The notes: generated by a model from the sequence alone, not told the origin. 64,000 bases of DNA from Patescibacteria group bacterium (GCA_041674405.1 JBAYVT010000004.1:74599-138598), one strand, 5' to 3'; counted from the stretch's first letter, positions 24,828 through 34,285 are shown. Program-made: numbers and translations.

Positions 24828-25711
24828 TGAGAAAGATAACAAAAGCGGTCATTCCGGCGGCTGGTCTTGGTACCCGTTTTTTGCCGGCCACCATTGCGCA
24901 ACCGAAAGAAATGCTGACAATTGTTGACAAGCCAGTGATTCAATTTGTGGTCGAAGAAGCGGTCGAAAGCGGAATTAAAGATATCCTCATTATCACCGGC
25001 CGAAGCAAGAGAGCAATCGAGGACCATTTCGATCCATCGTATGAGCTCGAAGAAATGCTTCAAAGGAAAAACAATGAAGAGCTTCTTTTGACACTTGATC
25101 GAATTTCAAATCTCGCCAATATCCATTTTATTCGCCAAAGGCGCCAGAGAGGTCTAGCAGATGCAATATATCAAGCCAAAACTTTTATTGGCGACGAGCC
25201 ATTTGCCGTCCTCTTAGGGGATACAATCATTGATTCGAGTGATGAAAAAACCCACAATCTATCAAAAATGGCTTCGCTTTATGAAGAAACAGGGAAATCC
25301 GTAGTTGCTCTCGAGCGAGTTTCGAAGGCACAAATTTCGCGTTATGGAATAGCTGGCGGAAAAATGCTCGACAAACAGGTGATGGAGATTGACGAACTGG
25401 TCGAAAAGCCGGACCTGGTTGATGCTCCGTCGAATCTAGCGATCGCCTCACGCTATATTTTTGCAACTGGCATTTTTAGCCTGGTCGAGAAAACTAAACC
25501 CGGTGTCAATGGGGAGATTCAGATTACCGATAGTATGAAATTTCTCGCCGAAGCGGGAGAAATACTTGGTTATATCATCAGCGGCCGCCGGCATGACATC
25601 GGCAATAAGGTTGATTTCGTCAAAACAAATCTTGATTTTGCCTTAAAGCGCAAAGATACAAAAGCAGAGATCAAAAAATATATTAGAGAAATTTTGAAAG
25701 GTGAAAAATGA
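24824..25711 (+). CDS. galU: UTP--glucose-1-phosphate uridylyltransferase (GalU family).
   Basis: The N-terminus KAVIPAAGLGTRFLPATIAQPKEMLTIVDKPVIQFVVEEAVESGI is essentially the canonical GalU motif. Confidence 0.8.
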   Translation: MMRKITKAVIPAAGLGTRFLPATIAQPKEMLTIVDKPVIQFVVEEAVESGIKDILIITGRSKRAIEDHFDPSYELEEMLQRKNNEELLLTLDRISNLANIHFIRQRRQRGLADAIYQAKTFIGDEPFAVLLGDTIIDSSDEKTHNLSKMASLYEETGKSVVALERVSKAQISRYGIAGGKMLDKQVMEIDELVEKPDLVDAPSNLAIASRYIFATGIFSLVEKTKPGVNGEIQITDSMKFLAEAGEILGYIISGRRHDIGNKVDFVKTNLDFALKRKDTKAEIKKYIREILKGEK

Positions 25712-26640
25712 AAACATATCTAATCACCGGTGGCGCTGGCTTTCTTGGGTCCAACCTGGCAATTCGTCTTATTAAGAACGGGCAGAAAGTTATTGTAGTC
25801 GACGATTTGTTTACTGGCCGATTAAAAAATCTGGCTGAAATCAAAGAAAATCCCAATTTTAGATTTATTAAGCACGACGTCAGAAAACCTCTAAAAATTG
25901 ATGGCAATGTTGATTATGTCTGCCATTTAGCTTGCCCGGCTTCGCCGCCAGTTTATTTGATTGATCCTATACATACCCTTGAAACATCGGCAATCGGCAC
26001 CCAGAATATGCTTGAATTTGCACTCTCCAAGGGGGCAAGGTTTTTTTATACTTCTACAAGTGAAATTTATGGCGACCCTTTGGTGCACCCGCAGAAAGAG
26101 AGCTATTTTGGTAATGTAAACCCATATTGCAAGCGCTCCTGCTATGATGAGGGAAAGCGCTATGCAGAGGCCCTTATTTATGAATACCGGCGCGAAAGAG
26201 GGCTAAACACGGGAATCATTCGCATTTTCAATACTTATGGTCCCAAAATGGACCCTGATGATGGTAGGGTAGTTACAAACTTCATCAAACAGGCCCTGCG
26301 GGGCGAAGATATTACCGTGCAGGGCGACGGTAAACAGACGCGTTCTTTTTGTTATGTTGACGATCAAATCGACGGTATGATAAAAATGATAAAATCCAAT
26401 GAGGAAGGCCCTATCAACATTGGCAACCCAAATGAGTTTACAATCCTTGAACTTGCAAAAATTGTCATAGATTTGACAAAGACAAACTCAAAAATTGTGT
26501 ACACCGCTCCAGTTGAATCTGATCCTAAACAGAGAAGGCCGGATATCAAATTAGCCAAGGAAAAACTAAATTGGAAGCCCAAAATCAATCTTCGTGAAGG
26601 GATCAAAAAAACGATGGAATATCTAAAGGCAGAAATTTGA
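25708..26640 (+). CDS. UDP-glucuronate decarboxylase (UDP-xylose synthase) of the short-chain dehydrogenase/reductase (SDR) family.
   Basis: ITGGAGFLGSNL, the catalytic region YDEGKRYAEAL (UXS-typical YDEGKR), and a length of about 310 aa. Confidence 0.7.
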   Translation: MKTYLITGGAGFLGSNLAIRLIKNGQKVIVVDDLFTGRLKNLAEIKENPNFRFIKHDVRKPLKIDGNVDYVCHLACPASPPVYLIDPIHTLETSAIGTQNMLEFALSKGARFFYTSTSEIYGDPLVHPQKESYFGNVNPYCKRSCYDEGKRYAEALIYEYRRERGLNTGIIRIFNTYGPKMDPDDGRVVTNFIKQALRGEDITVQGDGKQTRSFCYVDDQIDGMIKMIKSNEEGPINIGNPNEFTILELAKIVIDLTKTNSKIVYTAPVESDPKQRRPDIKLAKEKLNWKPKINLREGIKKTMEYLKAEI

Positions 26641-26668
26641 TAATTAATATGATTGCTAAGGAAAGAAA

Positions 26669-27958
26669 ATGAAAATTGTTGTCATTGGTACTGGTTATGT
26701 TGGCTTGGTACAAGGTGTAGCATTGGCAGAATTGGGCAATGAGGTTACCTGCATTGATGTAGACGAGGATAAAATTGCAAAACTCAAAGAGGGAATTTCC
26801 CCAATATACGAGCCGGGAATCGAAGAGCTAATTAAGAAAAATCTAAAACAAGGCCGGATTACTTTCGAAACATCGCTTAAAAGATACTTGAATAAATCCG
26901 ATATCGTATTTATCGCGGTGGGGACGCCGTCGGACGAAAATGGAAAAGCCGATTTGAAATATATTATCGCTGCAGCGGAAGAAATCGGAAAAAATATCAA
27001 GAAACCTCTTGTTATCGTAAATAAAAGCACAGTGCCGATTGGGACAGGAGAAATGGTAAAAAGTACCATCAAGAAGCACTACAAGGGAAGCTTTGACGTC
27101 ATCTCCAACCCGGAATTTTTAAGAGAAGGTTCGGCAATCGACGACTTTTTTCATCCGGATCGAGTGGTAATAGGGTGCAATGGGGACCGAGAAGCAGCAG
27201 AAAAAGTCGCTGAAGTTTACAAGGTCTTAACTTGCCCAATTGTCATAACGAACCTAGAAACCGCAGAAATGATCAAATATGCCTCAAATTCTTATCTGGC
27301 AACCCAGATTTCATTCATCAATTCAATTGCTAATATATGCGAAAAAGTCGGTGCCGATGTAGCCGATGTCTCGCGCGGCATGAAACTGGACAAACGAATT
27401 GGCGAGCGGGCATTCCTGAGTGCCGGCATCGGCTACGGGGGATCATGTTTTCCAAAAGATGTAAGCGCAATGGTAGAAATCGCCAAAGAAACCGGAGAGG
27501 ACTTTAGGATATTGGAGGAAGTCGAGGCAGTAAACAAATCCCAAAGGCAAAGATTCGTTAAAAAAATTGTTGAGAAACTAGGCAAATTAAAAGGAAAGAG
27601 AATCGCGATCTGGGGAGTAGCTTTCAAGGCAAAAACGGATGATATCAGGGAAGCGCCGGCGATTACAATAATGGAAGCATTAATTGATTTGGGTGCAGAA
27701 GTTTTAGCATATGACCCAGTCGCCGTGGAAAATGCGAGTAAAATTATTCCCGATGCAATCTATGTTAATCGACCAACAGACGCTTGCAAGCGTGCAGACG
27801 CGTTGCTTATTGTCACTGATTGGGACGAATTTAAACAAGTAAATCTTGATGAACTTGGCAACTCAATGAAATCAAAAGTCATTTTTGACGGCAGAAATAT
27901 CTATAACCCCGAAGATGCAAAGAAAGCTGGGTTCACATATTTTGGGATAGGTAGATAA
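26669..27958 (+). CDS. ugd: UDP-glucose 6-dehydrogenase, or a related UDP-sugar 6-dehydrogenase.
   Basis: MKIVVIGTGYVGLV (Rossmann fold), catalytic ...GGSCFPKDV..., and a length of 429 aa. Confidence 0.8.
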   Translation: MKIVVIGTGYVGLVQGVALAELGNEVTCIDVDEDKIAKLKEGISPIYEPGIEELIKKNLKQGRITFETSLKRYLNKSDIVFIAVGTPSDENGKADLKYIIAAAEEIGKNIKKPLVIVNKSTVPIGTGEMVKSTIKKHYKGSFDVISNPEFLREGSAIDDFFHPDRVVIGCNGDREAAEKVAEVYKVLTCPIVITNLETAEMIKYASNSYLATQISFINSIANICEKVGADVADVSRGMKLDKRIGERAFLSAGIGYGGSCFPKDVSAMVEIAKETGEDFRILEEVEAVNKSQRQRFVKKIVEKLGKLKGKRIAIWGVAFKAKTDDIREAPAITIMEALIDLGAEVLAYDPVAVENASKIIPDAIYVNRPTDACKRADALLIVTDWDEFKQVNLDELGNSMKSKVIFDGRNIYNPEDAKKAGFTYFGIGR

Positions 27959-27991
27959 TAGAAAGAAATATCATTATTTAAGATTAAAATT

Positions 27992-28975
27992 ATGAAAAAT
28001 CAGCCCAAGGTTTCCATCATCATTCCTGTTATTGCCGTAAATGATTACATTCGCGAGTCCATCCCTGAGATTCTGAAGTTAGATTGGCCGGATTATGAGA
28101 TTTTTATTTTTCCTGATCAACCTGACAAAAAACATAAATGGCCGAAAACCAAAATTATCGCATCGGGCAAAGTCGGGCCGGCAGAGAAACGCGATCTGGC
28201 AATTAAATATGCCCAAGGCGAGATCATTGCATTTTTAGACGATGATGCATTTCCGAGAGCCGATTGGCTCAAAAAGTCGATCAAATTATTTTCTGACAAA
28301 AAAGTCGGCGCTGTCGGCGGGCCTGCGATGACACCGAAGCATGACGATACCCTACAAAAAGTTTCTGGCGCTGTTTTTGAATCTTATCTTGGCGGTGGCG
28401 GAGCGAGAAACCGCTATTTGCCGATCGGCAAAGAGTGTGAATGTGACGATTGGCCAACAGTGAATCTGCTTGTCCGCAAGGATGTTTTTGCAAAAATAGG
28501 TGGCTTCGATAATACTTACTGGCCAGGGGAAGACACCAAACTTTGCCTTGATATTTTAAGTGCCGGTTACAAAATCATGTATACGCCGGAGGCGGTCGTC
28601 TACCACCATCGCCGATCCGACCTTGTGAAGCACTTCAAACAGATTGGAAATTATGCCCTGCATCGCGGTTTCTTTGCCAAGATCTATCCGAAAACTTCGC
28701 TTAAACTATTCTATTTCATGCCGAGTATTTTCGATCTATATCTGTTGGCGTTGATAATAATTACCCTCATTCCTCATTCCTCATCTCTTGTAATGATTGC
28801 CTCAATTCCAATTGCGCTATATGCCGTTGGGCTTATTTTGGATGCCCTTGTTATCTCATTTCGTTGGAAAAATCCATTGGTAGGATTAATCACGATACCC
28901 ATGGTCCTCTTCACTCATGTCTGGTACGGCATCCGCTTCGTTTGGGGGCTGATTATTCCAAAACTTGCTAGATAG
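27992..28975 (+). CDS. GT2 glycosyltransferase with C-terminal TM helices.
   Basis: VSIIIPV..., ...AFLDDDA... (DxD), and a C-terminal hydrophobic region. It contains the in-frame repeat insert at 28765-28787. Confidence 0.65.
   Translation: MKNQPKVSIIIPVIAVNDYIRESIPEILKLDWPDYEIFIFPDQPDKKHKWPKTKIIASGKVGPAEKRDLAIKYAQGEIIAFLDDDAFPRADWLKKSIKLFSDKKVGAVGGPAMTPKHDDTLQKVSGAVFESYLGGGGARNRYLPIGKECECDDWPTVNLLVRKDVFAKIGGFDNTYWPGEDTKLCLDILSAGYKIMYTPEAVVYHHRRSDLVKHFKQIGNYALHRGFFAKIYPKTSLKLFYFMPSIFDLYLLALIIITLIPHSSSLVMIASIPIALYAVGLILDALVISFRWKNPLVGLITIPMVLFTHVWYGIRFVWGLIIPKLAR
28765..28787. repeat. (CCTCATT)n heptamer repeat, in frame in a GT2 gene.
   Basis: cctcattcctcattcctcatctc. Confidence 0.7.
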
Positions 28976-28977
28976 AT

Positions 28978-29871
28978 CTATCTAGCAAATCTCAAAATAA
29001 GTAGAACAGCAGCTATCAAAACAGCACATCCAGTCAACCTGATGATGTATGTTTTTGATGAATTTTTTTCGAGCCAGGTAGGGTAATATCTGGAGGTGAT
29101 GCCAGTAATTAGTAGGGTGAAAAATGACCCGAACATTGCAAGGGCTTGTGAAACTGCCACATTCGTCAAAAATGCGATGAAAACCAATACTTGTGCGCTT
29201 ACGATAAATAAGTTGCTTAGGAAAAGTGGAAAAATCTGGATTGCGGTGACCCTGATTTCTTTTTTTGCTAGAAAATATGTTGGGCTCAAAAGAACTGCGA
29301 CTCCCAATAAAGACCAGGCCTGAAAATTGAAAGGATCAAGCCCGGTATTGAGTGAAAGTTTCACGAAAATATCAGTTGCCGCATAAAGCAAAACAGCAAG
29401 GAGCATCAGTAAAATGTTTTTGTTGAAAATTGATCCCAGTCGTTGTTTGTCGTTGTAGGAAACAAGAATTCCACCAAGCACCGTCAAGGCAATTGAAAGA
29501 TAGATCAGGACAGGGAATCTTTCGCCTAAAACAATAAATGACAGCAGCGTTACAAAAATGGTCTGTATGTTAAATAGCGATTGATAGACTGATACGTCGA
29601 TGGAATATAAGGCTTTCCATGTCAGAAGCGTTGCAACCGCGGTGGTAGCAATATAGGCAAAATAAGGCCAACTTAGCGGATTCTGAATGTGCCCTGCCTT
29701 GGCCCAAAGAAACGGCAGAAAAATTAGTGCTGTCACATTCAACCAAAAAATCAAGGAATATAGATTCTTAATTTTGTACTTTGTTGTAATTTTGCCGGCA
29801 ATGCCGGAAAGCGAGTAGAAAAAAGCTGCTGTTAAGGACAGAAATATATACATAATGCGATTGTAGCACAA
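28978..29871 (-). CDS. EamA/DMT-superfamily transporter (10 TM).
   Basis: Two five-TM repeats with EamA-like topology. The real start is probably at MYIFLSL (29853). Confidence 0.55.
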   Translation of the reverse strand: MCYNRIMYIFLSLTAAFFYSLSGIAGKITTKYKIKNLYSLIFWLNVTALIFLPFLWAKAGHIQNPLSWPYFAYIATTAVATLLTWKALYSIDVSVYQSLFNIQTIFVTLLSFIVLGERFPVLIYLSIALTVLGGILVSYNDKQRLGSIFNKNILLMLLAVLLYAATDIFVKLSLNTGLDPFNFQAWSLLGVAVLLSPTYFLAKKEIRVTAIQIFPLFLSNLFIVSAQVLVFIAFLTNVAVSQALAMFGSFFTLLITGITSRYYPTWLEKNSSKTYIIRLTGCAVLIAAVLLILRFAR

Positions 29872-29912
29872 GAATTGTTAGTCCTCACCCAAAATAATTG
29901 TTTTTAAACGCA

Positions 29913-29950
29913 AGACCGCCGCCCACGTTGGGGCGGCGGCGGTCTGCTTT
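29913..29950 (-). terminator. Very GC-rich hairpin (about 11-bp stem) with short T-tracts on both sides. Probable terminator for the minus-strand GC-rich gene; it may work in both directions.
   Basis: agaccgccgcc ... ggcggcggtct followed by gctttt on the plus strand; the minus strand has guuuaaaaac. Confidence 0.5.
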
Positions 29951-29964
29951 TGGGAATCCGGGCG

Positions 29965-30819
29965 CTACGCATAGCGCTCGACCATCATCTTCATGTTGGC
30001 GAGGAACCACGCCATGTGGTCCTGCACGGCCGAGGGCGTGCCCAGCTTGGGCTTGTACTCGGCAACGAAGTTGATCTCGGCCGGCCGGTTGGCCGCCGAG
30101 AGAAGGTTCTCCACGATCGTGTGTGACCCGCTGTCCGTCACCGATTTCACGTGCACGGCGGCGACGTACGGCGCGAGGACCTTCACGGCCTCGTGTCGCT
30201 CGGTGCGAGTGGCGCCCAAGACAGAGCTGTCTTCGGCGGCGTTGCGATCGGCGCGAAGGAGATGCTCTGTGTCGATGACCAGCCTGCATCCCTCGTCCCG
30301 GCAGTACCGAGCAATCGTGTTGGCGGCCAGTCGATCATCAGGGTTCACCTCGTAGAGGCCGTTGGCCGCAAGGTGGTGGCTGATGTTCTCGCCGGGAAGA
30401 AGTGCCTCCACCTTTCGGCACTCGGCGATCTTCGGGAAGAACGCCCAGTCGATCGGTGTGGAAGGCATGCCCTCACCGCCGATCTGGTGGCGGAGACCCT
30501 GGAGAAGCCCGTTCACCGGGTTCCAGGCGCCTTCGTGGTACTTGACCGGCAGCGGCCAGTTCTCCCTTCCGGTTACCCCACGAAGGGGGAGAACCTGCAG
30601 GAATTCGTAGCCAGCCTTCTGGGCCCACTTGGCCGCCATCATCGGCGAGCCATGCGCCCAGAGTGCCGTCCTCATAGCATACGGCAACAGAGACGCGATC
30701 GAAATACCGTAACCGAACACATTGGGAGTCCGTCGCAAGCTAATCACCCGTTTCTTGCCCCCATGGGACATATTTGATATTCTTGGGTCATGCCCCACGG
30801 CACCGTAACAATATAACAC
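29965..30819 (-). CDS. Hypothetical protein (284 aa) in GC-rich cassette F, possibly TIM-barrel-like. Function not identified.
   Basis: Long open frame with a plausible composition. The real start may be MSHGG (30768). The plus-strand ORFs overlapping it are Arg-rich and look like artefacts. Confidence 0.4.
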   Translation of the reverse strand: MLYCYGAVGHDPRISNMSHGGKKRVISLRRTPNVFGYGISIASLLPYAMRTALWAHGSPMMAAKWAQKAGYEFLQVLPLRGVTGRENWPLPVKYHEGAWNPVNGLLQGLRHQIGGEGMPSTPIDWAFFPKIAECRKVEALLPGENISHHLAANGLYEVNPDDRLAANTIARYCRDEGCRLVIDTEHLLRADRNAAEDSSVLGATRTERHEAVKVLAPYVAAVHVKSVTDSGSHTIVENLLSAANRPAEINFVAEYKPKLGTPSAVQDHMAWFLANMKMMVERYA

Positions 30820-30846
30820 AAATCACTAATAAAGTCAAGGACATTT

Positions 30847-32406
30847 ATGCCAGAACTTAAGCGTGTGAGCAAGCCTACCAAGGATCAAAAAGCTAAAAAT
30901 GCCAAATTTAAGATCTCAATCTCGTATCCGCCTCTTCCTAGTGAGAAAGGCATCCCTCTTCTTACCCAGAATCGCCAATTTCAATGGTTCAACAACCCAA
31001 CGTATATCTATCCGATGGTGCCTTCGTATGCAGCCTCACTTCTGGCCGATCAAGGCTATGACGTGCTCTGGGACGATGCCATTGCCGAGGAGCTCACGCC
31101 GGAATCCTGGCTTCTTAGAATCAAGAAATCCAATCCCAACCTGATAGTGTTTGAATCTAAAACCCCGGTAATTAAGCGACACTGGAAACTTATTGAAGTT
31201 ATGAAAAAAGAGCTTCCCAAGGCGACTATCGCCCTGATCGGCGATCATGTGACTGCGATGCCGGAAGAATCGATGAAAAACTCGAAGGTTGATTATGTTC
31301 TTACGGGCGGAGATTATGATTTTCTGGCATTAAACCTAGCGAATCATCTAAATCATGGTGAGAAACTCGAGGCAGGGATTTGGTACCGTGAAGGGAAAAC
31401 CATTAAAAATACCGGGCATTTTGAGCTTAATCATGATCTTGACGATCTTCCGATGATCGATCGTGATCTCACCAAATGGCAGCTGTACGCTTACAAGAAT
31501 GGTAATTACAAAAGAACACCAGGCACATACACATATGCTGCACGTGACTGCTGGTGGGGCAAATGTGCATTTTGTTCCTGGACGACTCTCTATCCGGGTA
31601 AGGATTATCGCAAACATTCGGCCAGGAGGATGCTCGACGAGATCGGCATCTTGATTGAGAAATATCATGTCAAGGAGATCATGGATGATTCGGGCTCTTT
31701 TCCGATCGGCACATGGCTAACGGAGTTCTGCAATGGCATGATCGAGCGTGGCTACAACAAGAAAATCCGTCTTGATATAAATATGAGGCTAAAGGGGCTT
31801 AAACAAGAAGATTACGATCTTATGGGCAAGGCCGGGATCAGGTTTATCCTGTACGGACTTGAGTCGGCAAACCAGAATACGCTTGATCGAATCCAGAAAA
31901 ATTTGAAGGTAGAGGAAATCGAAAAAGGCGTTAGAATGGCGAAAAAGGGTGGACTGGAGCCTCATATCACTACCATGATGGGTTATCCGTGGGAAACGCG
32001 TGAAGACGCCGAACGAACTGTGGCTCTTGCGAGACATCTATTCAATAAAGGTTATGTTGACACTCTGCAAGCCACTATAGTGATCCCGTATCCAGGCACG
32101 CCACTCTATCGCGAATGCAAGGAAAACGGCTGGTTGGCGACTGAGGATTGGGATAATTTCGATCAGCGCATGGCGGTGATGAAATCACCCTTGACCGAGA
32201 AAGATATCAAAGAACTGACCCAAGAGCTATATAAGTCATTCATGACTCCCCGGTTTGTCATGCGAAAGATTGCTTCGGTGCGAAGCTGGTCTGATGTTAC
32301 TTTCCTTTTCCGTGCTGCTGGCAAGGTAATCGGCCACCTCATTGACTTCTCTCCCAAGAATAAACAAAATTGCGAGTGCGAGGAAAAGGCAGAACACGAA
32401 GCATAG
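30847..32406 (+). CDS. B12-binding-domain radical SAM enzyme (class B-like) with a non-canonical Cx4Cx2C cluster motif.
   Basis: N-terminal B12-binding-like Rossmann region (...LIVFESKTPVIKRHWKLIEVMKKELPKATIALIGDHVTA...). The radical SAM core is ARDCWWGKCAFCSW; the codons were checked and the spacing is C-x4-C-x2-C. A TIM-barrel region follows (...FILYGLESANQNTL...). Confidence 0.65.
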   Translation: MPELKRVSKPTKDQKAKNAKFKISISYPPLPSEKGIPLLTQNRQFQWFNNPTYIYPMVPSYAASLLADQGYDVLWDDAIAEELTPESWLLRIKKSNPNLIVFESKTPVIKRHWKLIEVMKKELPKATIALIGDHVTAMPEESMKNSKVDYVLTGGDYDFLALNLANHLNHGEKLEAGIWYREGKTIKNTGHFELNHDLDDLPMIDRDLTKWQLYAYKNGNYKRTPGTYTYAARDCWWGKCAFCSWTTLYPGKDYRKHSARRMLDEIGILIEKYHVKEIMDDSGSFPIGTWLTEFCNGMIERGYNKKIRLDINMRLKGLKQEDYDLMGKAGIRFILYGLESANQNTLDRIQKNLKVEEIEKGVRMAKKGGLEPHITTMMGYPWETREDAERTVALARHLFNKGYVDTLQATIVIPYPGTPLYRECKENGWLATEDWDNFDQRMAVMKSPLTEKDIKELTQELYKSFMTPRFVMRKIASVRSWSDVTFLFRAAGKVIGHLIDFSPKNKQNCECEEKAEHEA

Positions 32407-32418
32407 GCGGTTTGCATT

Positions 32419-32865
32419 ATGATCGTTGATGAAATATTCCATTTTCTAATATCTTCTGCCGCAGGCCTAGCCGTCGGTTATTTTTCTGGCAACTACTGGG
32501 CAGTGCTTTTTGCGCTTATTTCCGGTTTTTTCATAGATGCCGACCATTTAATTGATTATTTTCTGTACACAAAGTTTAAAAAATTCTCTCTGGCCGAATT
32601 CAAATCAGGATTGTTTTTTGATTATGCCGGCAAGGTCTACGTGTTTGCCCATGGTTTCGAGTACGCGATCATCTTTATTGCACTGGGGATCGTTTTTTCC
32701 CAATACGGCTGGATATTTTACTCGCTCGGGGTATCAAATTTGCTGCATCTTCTGTATGACACGATTTACAATGGGGCTGTTTGGCCGACATATTTTTTAA
32801 TTTTTCGCATCGTGCATAATTTCCGCCATAAAGATTTTAATTTCCCTAAATGTTCTGAAAGATGA
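32419..32865 (+). CDS. Small membrane protein (148 aa, about 4 TM), possibly a YdjM/DUF457-like membrane-bound metal-dependent hydrolase.
   Basis: TM helices plus His/Asp-containing loops (IDADHLIDYF, AHGFEY, LHLLYD). Confidence 0.4.
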   Translation: MIVDEIFHFLISSAAGLAVGYFSGNYWAVLFALISGFFIDADHLIDYFLYTKFKKFSLAEFKSGLFFDYAGKVYVFAHGFEYAIIFIALGIVFSQYGWIFYSLGVSNLLHLLYDTIYNGAVWPTYFLIFRIVHNFRHKDFNFPKCSER

Positions 32866-32981
32866 CAATTCATTGCCTTGCTAATTCAGCATGACCAGAC
32901 TAAAATTGGGATGGTTTGCGGAAAACTTCTTTTTTAGCTATATGTATAAATGCCATTTAATTAAGTTTATCGGATGAAATA

Positions 32982-34091
32982 ATGATTAATGTATCAAAAC
33001 CGGTTATCGAGCAAGACGAGATAGATGTGGTCGTGGAAGTCTTAAAGAGCGGAATGATAGTGCAGGGCCCGAAAACGGCGGAGCTTGAGGAAAAGTTTGC
33101 AAAGTACTGCGGGACTAAGTACGCAGTGGCATTCAATAGCGGCACAGCGGCAATCCATGCTGGCCTATATGCAATGGGGATCGGCGAAGAGGATGAGGTA
33201 ATTACGACCCCTTTTACCTTTGTCGCAACCGCTAATCCGATCCTGATGCAGGGCGCAAAAGTGGTTTTCGCCGATATTTCTGAAGATGATTTTAATCTTG
33301 ATCCGGCCGAAGTTGAAAAGAAAATTACCGATACAACTAAGGCAATTATCCCCGTTGATCTCTACGGTCAAGTTTATGATTATGAAAAAATTTCAAAGAT
33401 AGCTGAAAAGCATAGCCTCAAGATTTTAGAAGATGCCTGCCAAGCAGTCGGCGCAGAGCAAAATGATAAGCGGGCAGGTAATTTTGGTGATGTGGCGGCC
33501 TTTTCCCTGTATGCTACAAAAAATATGATGTCCGGTGAAGGTGGGCTTATTACTACCAACGATGAAAAGCTGGCTGAAAAGTGCAAGATGTTCAGGCATC
33601 ATGGCCAATCTGAAACATTGAGGTACGAATACGTTGATTTGGGCTACAATTACCGCCTGACGGATATGGCAGCCGCGATTGCTCTAGTCCAGCTTGGCAA
33701 AATCGATGAATTCAATAAAAGGCGCAATGCGAATGCAACTAGATTGGAAGAAGGGCTCAAAAATATTAAAGGGCTTATTTTGCCCAAGAGAAAAGAAGGA
33801 AATTTTCACGTTTACCATCAGTTTACAATCAGAATAACCAAGGATTTTGCATTGTCCCGGGATGAACTCATCGAGGAGATGAAAAACCGCGGAGTAGGGG
33901 CCGGAGTGTATTATCCTAAACCTTTGCACCTGCATTCTCATTTCCAAAAGCTTGGCTACAAAGAGGGTGATTTTCCAATAGCAGAAAAGATGTCGAAAGA
34001 AGTTGTGTCTTTGCCGGTCCATCCGTCATTGGCAAATGAAGAAGTCGAGAAAATTATTAAGGCTATAAAGGATATTGCAAATGGAAACTAG
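32982..34091 (+). CDS. DegT/DnrJ/EryC1/StrS-family PLP-dependent sugar aminotransferase.
   Basis: N-terminus ...SKPVIEQDEIDVVVEVLKSGMIVQGPKTAELEEKFAKYCGTKYAVAFNSGTAAIHAGL... A PLP lysine context is present (...LYATKNMMSGEGG...). Confidence 0.8.
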   Translation: MINVSKPVIEQDEIDVVVEVLKSGMIVQGPKTAELEEKFAKYCGTKYAVAFNSGTAAIHAGLYAMGIGEEDEVITTPFTFVATANPILMQGAKVVFADISEDDFNLDPAEVEKKITDTTKAIIPVDLYGQVYDYEKISKIAEKHSLKILEDACQAVGAEQNDKRAGNFGDVAAFSLYATKNMMSGEGGLITTNDEKLAEKCKMFRHHGQSETLRYEYVDLGYNYRLTDMAAAIALVQLGKIDEFNKRRNANATRLEEGLKNIKGLILPKRKEGNFHVYHQFTIRITKDFALSRDELIEEMKNRGVGAGVYYPKPLHLHSHFQKLGYKEGDFPIAEKMSKEVVSLPVHPSLANEEVEKIIKAIKDIANGN

Positions 34092-34278
34092 GGCAGCTGC
34101 TTGCAAGTATTTAATTTCCGGATGTATCGGGTGCCGAATCTGCATAGAAAATAACCCCAAGATATTTAAGCTAAATAACGAAGGGGAGGCTGAGATAGAT
34201 TTGGAAAGGGCAGATAAAAATAGTATCTGTGAGACCGCTAAATTGTGTCCAGTTGGCGCCATTAAAATCATAAATTAG
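34075..34278 (+). CDS. Small mono-cluster ferredoxin ([4Fe-4S]/[3Fe-4S] type) whose start overlaps the 3' end of the aminotransferase gene.
   Basis: The pattern CxxCxxC ... CP (GCIGCRIC ... LCPVGAI) is typical of single-cluster ferredoxins. AAGGA lies 11 nt upstream. Confidence 0.55.
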   Translation: MQMETRAAACKYLISGCIGCRICIENNPKIFKLNNEGEAEIDLERADKNSICETAKLCPVGAIKIIN

Positions 34279-34285
34279 GAGGCAA

